Source: an uncultured Steroidobacter sp. (lineage in GTDB: Bacteria > Pseudomonadota > Gammaproteobacteria > Steroidobacterales > Steroidobacteraceae). Taken from it: a stretch of 33,817 bases of DNA. The notes beneath the pieces are model-generated. The model searched no databases. It had not been told where the DNA came from and worked only from the letters and a program-made list of their open reading frames with translations. A program made the position numbers and the translations under genes. Of this stretch, positions 26,764 to 33,817 are shown one piece after another. Numbering within the stretch: position 1 is the stretch's first letter; each line of letters begins with the position of its first letter. The DNA is taken from the NCBI GenBank assembly GCA_902826315.1, contig CADEEJ010000010.1, forward strand, positions 1,670 to 35,486. Reading direction: 5' to 3'.

Positions 26764-28338
26764 ATGGGTATCGCGGTAAGAGTCGGCTTCGCGGGCGCTG
26801 CGCTGTGGGTATTGGCCGCGTGCGGCGGCGGCGGTGGCGGCGGCGGCTCAGTGGTGAATCCTGGAAATCCCGGCGGCGGCGGCACTGGCTACACGCCCGG
26901 TGTGTTCCCGCCCCGCGCCGATTTCGCCAATCAGTGCATCACGCCGCGTTCCGGCACGAGCGATCGCGCCGGCTCGGCATTCACCGAGAAGATGTTCCTG
27001 CGCTCGTGGACCAACGAGTTCTACCTGTGGTTCGCCGAGGTGCCCGAGCTGGATCCGACGACGACGTCCGCGGTCGTGCCGTACTTCAATAACCTCAAGA
27101 CGCCGCAGACGACGCCTTCAGGCGCGTTCAAGGATCGCTTCCACTTCACTTTCGATACGGCCGAGTGGATCGCGCTGTCGCAGGGTGGCCAGTCGTTCGG
27201 CTATGGCATGGAGCTGGTGCTCGTCAGTCCATCGCCGCCGCGGCGCGCCTACATCCCGTTCGTCGAGCCCGGTACGCCCGCGAGCGCTGCCGGCGTAGCG
27301 CGCGGCATGGAGATCGTGCGCATCAACAACGTCGATTTCGTGAATGACAACACGCAGGCCGGCGTCGACGTGCTGAACAACGCGTTCAATCCGTCGGCGG
27401 CTGGCCAGACGTTCACGTTTGTATTGCGCCCCACGAGCGGTTCGGACGTCACGGTGCAGCTGACGAGCGCCAGCATCACGCACAAGCCCGTGCTGCTCGA
27501 CACGACGTTCACGCAAGGCGCGGACACGGTCGGTTACCTGGTGTTCAACGATCACATCGCGACGGCGGAAGCAGAGCTCGTCGCGGCGATCAATCGCATG
27601 CAGACCGCGGGCGTCGACGACCTGATCCTCGACATCCGCTACAACGGCGGCGGCTTCCTCGATATCGCCAGCGAGCTGACGTACATGATCTCGGGCCGCA
27701 CCGGCACGTTCGAGTCGCTGGTGTTCAACAGCAAGAATCCGAACCGCAACCCGGTGCTGAACCAGCCGCTCGTGCCGACGCCGATCCACACGACGACGCA
27801 GGATTTCAGCCTGCCGCCCGGCCAGACGCTACCGACGTTGAATCTCCCCCGCCTCTACGTCATCACCGGCCCGAACACGTGCTCGGCGAGCGAGTCGATC
27901 ATCAACGGCCTGCGCGGCGTCAACGTGCCGGTGTTCCTCATCGGCTCGACGACCTGCGGCAAGCCGTTTGGCTTCTATCCGGAAGACAACTGCGGCACGA
28001 CGTACTTCTCGATCCAGTTCCAGGGACTGAACGCGATGAGCTTCGGCGACTACCCGGATGGCTTCGCGGCCCAGAACCAGACCGGCCGCACCAGCGTGAA
28101 ACTAGCTGGCTGCTCGATCGCAGACGACCTCACCCACGCGCTCGGCAATCCGCTGGAAGGCCGGCTGAAAGCCGCGCTGGATTTCCGCGCCAGCGGCAAC
28201 AGCAACGCGTCCTGCCCGGCTGCTTCGGGCTTCGCGCCCGGCGCGCAACTGAAGGCGGGTCAGCAGACAGTGACTGCCACGGATGGGCAAATGATCAAGT
28301 CGCCGTTGCGAGAGAACCGGATCCTGCGGGATCGCTAA
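26764..28338 (+). CDS. S41-family peptidase lipoprotein with PDZ-like domain
   Basis: Lipobox LAAC plus Gly8 linker, YLW, DRF, LILDIRYNGGG, TCSASE (catalytic Ser), IGSTTCGK. AGGAG SD. Confidence 0.9.
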   Translation: MGIAVRVGFAGAALWVLAACGGGGGGGGSVVNPGNPGGGGTGYTPGVFPPRADFANQCITPRSGTSDRAGSAFTEKMFLRSWTNEFYLWFAEVPELDPTTTSAVVPYFNNLKTPQTTPSGAFKDRFHFTFDTAEWIALSQGGQSFGYGMELVLVSPSPPRRAYIPFVEPGTPASAAGVARGMEIVRINNVDFVNDNTQAGVDVLNNAFNPSAAGQTFTFVLRPTSGSDVTVQLTSASITHKPVLLDTTFTQGADTVGYLVFNDHIATAEAELVAAINRMQTAGVDDLILDIRYNGGGFLDIASELTYMISGRTGTFESLVFNSKNPNRNPVLNQPLVPTPIHTTTQDFSLPPGQTLPTLNLPRLYVITGPNTCSASESIINGLRGVNVPVFLIGSTTCGKPFGFYPEDNCGTTYFSIQFQGLNAMSFGDYPDGFAAQNQTGRTSVKLAGCSIADDLTHALGNPLEGRLKAALDFRASGNSNASCPAASGFAPGAQLKAGQQTVTATDGQMIKSPLRENRILRDR

Positions 28339-28501
28339 GCGCGCGCATTGCGGGAAAGTCGTTAGTTCTCCGATAGCGCGACACATGTAGGTCTCGCGCT
28401 CGGTTCCTTTCGGTATCGCTATCCGAGACTCCGTTGCAGCCGGTTGCGGAATCGCAGTGCGCTGCGCACGCTCTAGCGCACCTCAGTCACGGCCACCGAA
28501 G

Positions 28502-29923
28502 ATGCGATTGACCGAACTGGAGCTGGTTTGTAACGACGTTCACTCGCAGCTGAATTCGACCAGGGTTCGTGGACGGTTCGCTCCCGCGTCAGCGGAGGAA
28601 GCATCCGGCTTCGTGCAGCAGGTGCGCTCGCGCGGTGAGTTCATGAGCGTGTGCGGCTCGTGTCACGCGATGGGTGGTCAGCAGTTCGCAACGAACGGCT
28701 GGCTGCTCGACACGCGCGGCATGAACCGTGTGATCGACTTCGATCGGCAAAGCGGTGTGATCCATGCGCAGGCTGGCATCACCTGGCCGGATCTCATTCG
28801 CCACTACGTCGTCGCGCAGCGCGACGGCGAGTCCTCTTGGGGCATCAAGCAGAAGCAGACGGGCGCCGACCGCCTCACGATCGGCGGCGCGGTCGGTGCG
28901 AACATTCACGGCCGCGGGCTGGCCTACGCGCCGTTCGTCTCGGACATCGAAGGTCTCGAAGTGATCCTGGCCGACGGCTCGGTCGTGCAGTGTGATCGGC
29001 TGGTGAACGCCGATCTGTTTCGGCATGTCGTCGGCGGGTATGGCCTGTTCGGTGTCGTCACGTCGGTGAAACTGCGCTTGGTGCCGCGGCAGAAGGTCGA
29101 GCGCATCGTCGAACTGTGCGATATCGAAGAGATCGGCGACGCGTTCGCCGAGCGCATCCGCACGGGTTGTCTCTATGGCGACTTTCAGTTCTCGACTGCG
29201 CCAGATGATCTCGGCTTCCTATCGACCGGCGTGCTTTCCTGCTACCGCCCCGTGGATCCGCAGACCGTCATTCCGCCCCGGCAGATCCGCCTGTCGCCGG
29301 CGGATTGGCGGCGCCTCATCTACCTCGCTCACCACAACAAGCGCCGCGCGTTCCACGAGTTCATGGATTTCTACTTGCGTTCGAGCGGGCAGATCTACTG
29401 GAGCGACACGCACCAGTTGAGCCTGTACCTCGATGACTACCACGGTGCCCTGGATCGCGCCTGCGAGGCTCGCGTGCCCGGCTCGGAGATGATCACCGAG
29501 CTGTATGTGCCCCGCTCGCGGCTCCCCGCCTTCATGAGCGACGTGCGCCGCGACTTCAAGCGGCATGACGTCGACCTGGTCTATGGCACGGTGCGACTGA
29601 TCAAGCGCGACGATGAAACAGCGCTGGCTTGGGCACGCGAGGACTACGCTTGCGTGATCTTCAACCTGCACGTCGACCACGAGCCGCGCAGCATCCGCGA
29701 TTCGTCACACACGTTTCGCCGCCTCATCGACATTGCCATTCATCACCGCGGCAGCTTCTTCCTCACGTATCACCGCTACGCGATTGCCGCGCAGCTGCTC
29801 GAATGCTACCCGCAGCTGCCGGCATTCCTGCAGGCAAAGCGGCGCTACGACCCGGATGAGATTTTCCGCAGCGACTGGTATCGCTACTACGCCAGCATCG
29901 GCCGCGATCTCGCCTATGCCTAG
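28502..29923 (+). CDS. FAD-binding oxidoreductase (VAO/PCMH family; gulonolactone oxidase/DprE1-like)
   Basis: NDVHSQLN, GSCHAMGGQ (possible His-FAD link), TIGGAVGANIHGRG, LFRHVVGGYGLFGV, GSFFLTYH, KRRYDPDEIF. Confidence 0.87.
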   Translation: MRLTELELVCNDVHSQLNSTRVRGRFAPASAEEASGFVQQVRSRGEFMSVCGSCHAMGGQQFATNGWLLDTRGMNRVIDFDRQSGVIHAQAGITWPDLIRHYVVAQRDGESSWGIKQKQTGADRLTIGGAVGANIHGRGLAYAPFVSDIEGLEVILADGSVVQCDRLVNADLFRHVVGGYGLFGVVTSVKLRLVPRQKVERIVELCDIEEIGDAFAERIRTGCLYGDFQFSTAPDDLGFLSTGVLSCYRPVDPQTVIPPRQIRLSPADWRRLIYLAHHNKRRAFHEFMDFYLRSSGQIYWSDTHQLSLYLDDYHGALDRACEARVPGSEMITELYVPRSRLPAFMSDVRRDFKRHDVDLVYGTVRLIKRDDETALAWAREDYACVIFNLHVDHEPRSIRDSSHTFRRLIDIAIHHRGSFFLTYHRYAIAAQLLECYPQLPAFLQAKRRYDPDEIFRSDWYRYYASIGRDLAYA

Positions 29924-30750
29924 TGCGTCATCGCGTAAACGACGACGTTGACGCCGACCATGTAGGACTTGGTCGAGAACGTCTCGAAGTACCACTCGCC
30001 GTACGCCTCGCGCTCCCAACCGTCGCCGACGTCGGTGTTATGGGTCGCGAGCACCATGATGCGGCCGTCATCGTCCAGCCACGCGCGCATCTGCGGCTCG
30101 TCGAGCGAGCCGGCGGGGAATTTGTGCGCGCCGGGTGACTCGGCCGTGCTGCCGCCGGGGCTCGCGAACGGCAGTGCTGGGATCTGCGGCATTCCGTCGT
30201 TCAGATCGAACACCGTATGGAAGATCGGATGATCCGCCGTCAGCACGCGCCACTCGCGCCCGGGCAGCACCTGGCGCATCACGTCCGCGAACTGCTGCCA
30301 CTCGGCATCGCCCCAGAAGTCGTCGACCCACACGAAGCCGCCGTTCGCCAAGTAGCGCGCGAACGCGGTCTTCTCCTCGGCCGACACGATCATGTAGCCG
30401 GGGTCGGACATGTACAGCATCGGAAAGTCGCCGAGGTCGGGCGCGGTGAGCATGCGACTGGACGCGAACTTGGCGACCGGAATGCGCGTCAGTTGCGACA
30501 GGCGATGACCGAAGTTGTCGTCGCCTTCCGGAAAATCCGTTTCCCAGCGCGCCCACACGCGACTGTCGTACGCGTAGTACGCCTCGCCCATGCCACCTTC
30601 GCTGTCGTAGATGATGCGGGCCATGTTGAACTTCGACAGGTCCGCCGGCGTGCCGGCCCGCCCGCCGTCGCCGGTGATCAGGTTGGACGAAGCCACGGCC
30701 CCGAGCGAGACAGAGACGATTGCCGCGGCGATCGTGAATCGCAGGCTCAT
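29920..30750 (-). CDS. DUF4159 domain protein with signal peptide
   Basis: WETDFP, FPMLYMSDPG, YLANGGFVWVDDFWG, DHPIFHTVF, NTDVGDGWE, GVNVVVYAMTH. GAGGA SD before ATG 30750. Confidence 0.88.
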   Translation of the reverse strand: MSLRFTIAAAIVSVSLGAVASSNLITGDGGRAGTPADLSKFNMARIIYDSEGGMGEAYYAYDSRVWARWETDFPEGDDNFGHRLSQLTRIPVAKFASSRMLTAPDLGDFPMLYMSDPGYMIVSAEEKTAFARYLANGGFVWVDDFWGDAEWQQFADVMRQVLPGREWRVLTADHPIFHTVFDLNDGMPQIPALPFASPGGSTAESPGAHKFPAGSLDEPQMRAWLDDDGRIMVLATHNTDVGDGWEREAYGEWYFETFSTKSYMVGVNVVVYAMTH

Positions 30751-30763
30751 GGGCACGTCGTCC

Positions 30764-33700
30764 TCATTGATTGCCGACGCGCCGATAGTATTCGGCCACG
30801 GCCTCGCGATAACGCGGCGAGTCCGGATCCGGAATCGTCGCACGCGCCGCCGCCGCTTCGCGTGTCTTCGCGGTCGACGCAAGCGCCTGCAGCTCGATTT
30901 GATCGATGAGCTTGAGCATCACGTCCGGCTGCGCAGCGAGCGGATCGCCGCTGAGCCGTCGCAGCTGCGTAGCCGCGCGTCGCAGCGCGTCCAGCTCCGC
31001 CTGGCTCAGATCGCCTCGATTCATGCGGTTCGCGAGATCGCGGATGCGTTCGCTGAGCTGTGTAGTCTGTCGGGCGATCGAGCCGCGGCCGTCTTCGAAT
31101 CCGCCGAGCCCGAGACTCGGCATGTTGGGATTCCACGCAGAGAGTCCGCCGCGCGGCTGTTGACCCGGACGCGAGCCATTCTGCGACGGGCGATCGCCGC
31201 CGCGCGAGCCTTCGCGGCCTTGCTGACCCTGTTGTCCCTGCTGACCTTGTTGGCCCTGCTGACCCTCCTGCCCCTGCTCGCCTTCCTGCCCCTGCTGACC
31301 TCCCTGGCCTTGCTGGCCGGGCTGATCTGCACGCGCCTGTCGCTCGCCATCGCGGCCGTCTTGCTCGCCCTGGCCCGGACGCTGACCTTCGCGTCCTCGC
31401 TGTCCTTCGGCTCGCTGCTGCGCGTCCTGCAGTGCCCGGCGCAGTTCGGCAACTTCCGCCAATAGCGCGTCCGCAGTCGCGGCTTCCGGCTTGTCCTTAC
31501 CTTCCGCCACGGCCTGCGCCACGGCATCACGCAAATCCTGCTGCAAGGTATCGAGCGCGTCGGTGATCAAGCCCTCGCGCGGCGCGGCTTCACGCGCGCG
31601 TCCGTAGTAGATCTCGGCGGCGCTGCGATTCAGCCGATACATGATGTCCGAGCCTTCGACGTCGCGAATGATCTCGCTCAGCTTCCGCGTGGTCTCCGGA
31701 TTCGTCTTGCGGTTCTCATGCACCGCATTGCGCATGTCGCGCTCGAGATTCGTCAGGTCGCCCGCCATCTGCTGCTTCGAGCGAACGAGCTCCTGCGCGC
31801 GCTTCTGATCGATCGTGCCGCGGCCGTTGGTCGGTTGCGGCTGCGACAGCGCCTCGTACAGATCGGTTTCGATGCGTCGCTGCTCGTCGAGCATCTCCTC
31901 GCTGCGGTCCGCAAACTTCTCCAACGTCTCGTCGAAGCGCGACGGCTCGGGCCGATCGATCTGCTGCAAGGCGCGTCGCAAATTGCGGCTCGCTTCCTGT
32001 GCGGCTTTCGCTTCCTGCGACTGCGACGATTGGCCCGGCTGTCCGGCCTGGCGCTGCTCGTCGTTCGGGTTGCCGCTGGCGGACTGCATGTCCTTCAGCG
32101 CCTTGTTCACGGAATCGAGTGCCTGCGAGAGTTGCTGGCGCTCACGTTCCTCACGCTCACGCGCTTGACCACTCGCAGTTCCGCCGCGCGACGACGGCGA
32201 ATCGCTCGACGACTGCTGTCGATTCAGCTCCGCGAGGCGACGGCGCAGATCCTCGGCTTCGCGACGCAGCTGCTCCTGCTTCCAGCGCTGCTCGGGCGTG
32301 CGCAGATCCTGCTGACGCTCCTGGGCGAGCTTCTCCTGGCGCTCTGCCAGCTCCTTGAGCTTGCGGACCATCTCATCCAGATCCTTCTGCACGTTGCGCT
32401 GGGAGAGCTGCGACTCGCTCTCGTACTGGCTCTTCTCCAGGTCCATCTCCAGCTCGAACATCTCCGTGAAGTTGCGCGCCGTCTGCGAGCCATCGCCGCC
32501 GGCATTGTTCTGCTGCATCGACACCTGGACTTCGCGGAACGCCGACTCAGCACGCAACAGCTGCTGCAGAGCCTGCTGCTCGAACGGCACAGCCTCCGGG
32601 AGCTTGAACGTATTGAGATGCGCAACGGCGGGGTCCATCACACCCGCAGCCTTCTCCAGGCTTTCGACGAACGTGCGAATACGTTCGTCCTCTTCGAGCG
32701 AAGCGCGGGCGCGCGTGCGTTGAGCCAGCGTTCGCGCCTGCTGCGCGAGTGTGGCCTGCAGCTCCGCGAGCATCTTTGCGCTGTCTTCCAACTGCTGCTT
32801 CGAGCGGTTGCCGCGCTCATCGCCGCGTTGCAGATTCCAGGTCGCAAGCAGGATCTCGCGCTGCCGTTCGGAGATCGCGCCCTGCTCGTCGCCCATGCCG
32901 CCGCCATCGCTGTTGCCGCCCTGCGCCTGCAGGAAGCGGCGCTCGAACGGCTGCACCGTGACCATGAACAGATCGGTCTGCACTGTCGCCTTGCGATCCT
33001 TCGCGACTGCGTAGTACGAAACCAGGTCGCCCGGGACCAGCGCCTTCGACTGCTCCTTCGCCTGTGCAGCGCCCAGCTCTTCCAGGTTGAGCAGCGACTC
33101 ACCTTCGCTGGTCTTCGCACCGCCACCGATCGGCACCGCCTGCCATTCGCCGCCGTTCACCGAGTAGCGCAGCGACACGTCACGCAACCGGAAGTCATCC
33201 TCGGCGCGGATGCGCACCGGTACTTCTTCGATGCTGGTGGCGCGCCAGTCGCGGCCGGGCTTGCGGATCTCGATGGTCGGCTTCTCGTCGGGAACCACTT
33301 CGATCGCGTACTCGTCGCTCAGCGCCACGAACTCGTTCGCGACGCGCGCACCGATCTGATATCGCCCCGGCTTGGTGACCGTGATTGCGCCAGTGCTGGT
33401 GCGTCCGTCCTGCGCAAGCTCGCCAGTGCTGCCGTCGACGATCAGCGCTGGTGCTTCGAGCGGCGCGTCGGAGACAACCTCGACCCTGACGTTCGTGCCT
33501 TCGACCGCCCGGATGTCGCGCGTCGTTTCGTCGGACGTCGAGGTGAGCCCGGTCCACTGCGGATATTCGTACGTCAGCTTCACACGCTCGATGCGCGGCA
33601 GATCGACGACGGTGACGTTGTGCTCGCCGCTGCGCGTGCCTTCTGCGTCGACGTAGTACTGCAACGGCCCGCGGACGGCGTAGAGCCGGAACTCGAAGCG

Positions 33701-33817
33701 CGAGTCGCTCTCGGTCGCGGGCTGCATCGGCGCGCGTTCCCAATCCTGCCGATCGGCGAAGCGCACGAACACGGCCACTTCTTTGGGATGAAAGCCATCG
33801 ACCGTCGCGCGAATCGC
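30764..33817 (-). CDS. Large DUF4175-like protein: Ig-like beta domains then long Gln/Glu-rich coiled coils (5'-truncated)
   Basis: Frame is open to the window end. Motifs YEYPQWTG, PDEKPTIEIRKPGRD, RAEDDFRL, GDLVSYYAVAKD, VQPFERRF, EQQALQQL, C-terminal YREAVAEYYRR. Confidence 0.8.
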   Translation of the reverse strand, partial: AIRATVDGFHPKEVAVFVRFADRQDWERAPMQPATESDSRFEFRLYAVRGPLQYYVDAEGTRSGEHNVTVVDLPRIERVKLTYEYPQWTGLTSTSDETTRDIRAVEGTNVRVEVVSDAPLEAPALIVDGSTGELAQDGRTSTGAITVTKPGRYQIGARVANEFVALSDEYAIEVVPDEKPTIEIRKPGRDWRATSIEEVPVRIRAEDDFRLRDVSLRYSVNGGEWQAVPIGGGAKTSEGESLLNLEELGAAQAKEQSKALVPGDLVSYYAVAKDRKATVQTDLFMVTVQPFERRFLQAQGGNSDGGGMGDEQGAISERQREILLATWNLQRGDERGNRSKQQLEDSAKMLAELQATLAQQARTLAQRTRARASLEEDERIRTFVESLEKAAGVMDPAVAHLNTFKLPEAVPFEQQALQQLLRAESAFREVQVSMQQNNAGGDGSQTARNFTEMFELEMDLEKSQYESESQLSQRNVQKDLDEMVRKLKELAERQEKLAQERQQDLRTPEQRWKQEQLRREAEDLRRRLAELNRQQSSSDSPSSRGGTASGQAREREERERQQLSQALDSVNKALKDMQSASGNPNDEQRQAGQPGQSSQSQEAKAAQEASRNLRRALQQIDRPEPSRFDETLEKFADRSEEMLDEQRRIETDLYEALSQPQPTNGRGTIDQKRAQELVRSKQQMAGDLTNLERDMRNAVHENRKTNPETTRKLSEIIRDVEGSDIMYRLNRSAAEIYYGRAREAAPREGLITDALDTLQQDLRDAVAQAVAEGKDKPEAATADALLAEVAELRRALQDAQQRAEGQRGREGQRPGQGEQDGRDGERQARADQPGQQGQGGQQGQEGEQGQEGQQGQQGQQGQQGQQGREGSRGGDRPSQNGSRPGQQPRGGLSAWNPNMPSLGLGGFEDGRGSIARQTTQLSERIRDLANRMNRGDLSQAELDALRRAATQLRRLSGDPLAAQPDVMLKLIDQIELQALASTAKTREAAAARATIPDPDSPRYREAVAEYYRRVGNQ
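31217..31325 (-). repeat. Degenerate 9-nt coding tandem repeat encoding (GQQ/GQE/GEQ)n
   Basis: Protein QPGQQGQGGQQGQEGEQGQEGQQGQQGQQGQQGQQGREG. The DNA units differ at third codon positions. Confidence 0.8.

Noticed and set aside
26824-26847. (GGC)n microsatellite as a phase-variation tract
   Set aside because: In-frame triplets encoding the usual Gly linker after a lipoprotein Cys; slippage would not shift the frame.
30611-31465. Plus-strand ORF with a Leu-rich LLTLLSLLTLLALL stretch resembling a membrane protein
   Set aside because: It is the reverse complement of the CAG-rich GQQ repeat of the minus-strand gene.
1-33817. CRISPR arrays, tRNA/rRNA, integron attC sites, IS elements, prophage or defence genes
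   Set aside because: No regularly spaced repeats, cloverleafs, transposase/integrase/nuclease/RT motifs or obvious compositional islands were seen. Lhr here has housekeeping neighbours.

Overview
A GC-rich, gene-dense bacterial chromosomal segment. Its gene content and GTGG-headed REP hairpins suggest a Gammaproteobacterium, possibly Steroidobacter/Xanthomonadales-like (inference only). I can support 27 protein-coding genes, two of them cut by the window edges. In order: Lhr helicase (3' part), DUF2807/head-GIN lipoprotein, membrane diguanylate cyclase, stand-alone FabY-like ketosynthase, small secreted beta protein, acyl-CoA synthetase, second diguanylate cyclase, LysR divergent from a citrate-synthase-family enzyme, CsaA, double-hotdog thioesterase, GFA plus MerR/GyrI operon, APC permease, small exported protein, MarC, TetR divergent from a TonB receptor/3-hydroxybutyrate dehydrogenase/CurA-like reductase/AmpG-type MFS run, orphan histidine kinase, amidase, S41 lipoprotein peptidase, FAD oxidase, DUF4159 and a long DUF4175-like coiled-coil protein. 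I found no rRNA, tRNA, CRISPR array, transposase, phage or defence genes. I cannot claim a confirmed new system. The best candidates are (1) the TetR-controlled TonB receptor-bdhA-Tat-exported reductase-MFS locus, (2) the orphan divergent FabY-like ketosynthase and (3) a LysR-controlled citrate synthase homolog with Glu at the catalytic Asp position. The intergenic DNA is very readable: a perfect CRP/Clp box, a textbook MerR 19-bp-spacer promoter, twin TetR operators, covarying REP hairpins, and a recurrent -10 hexamer just upstream of start codons that suggests leaderless transcripts. All family assignments come from motif recognition by eye; no searches were run.
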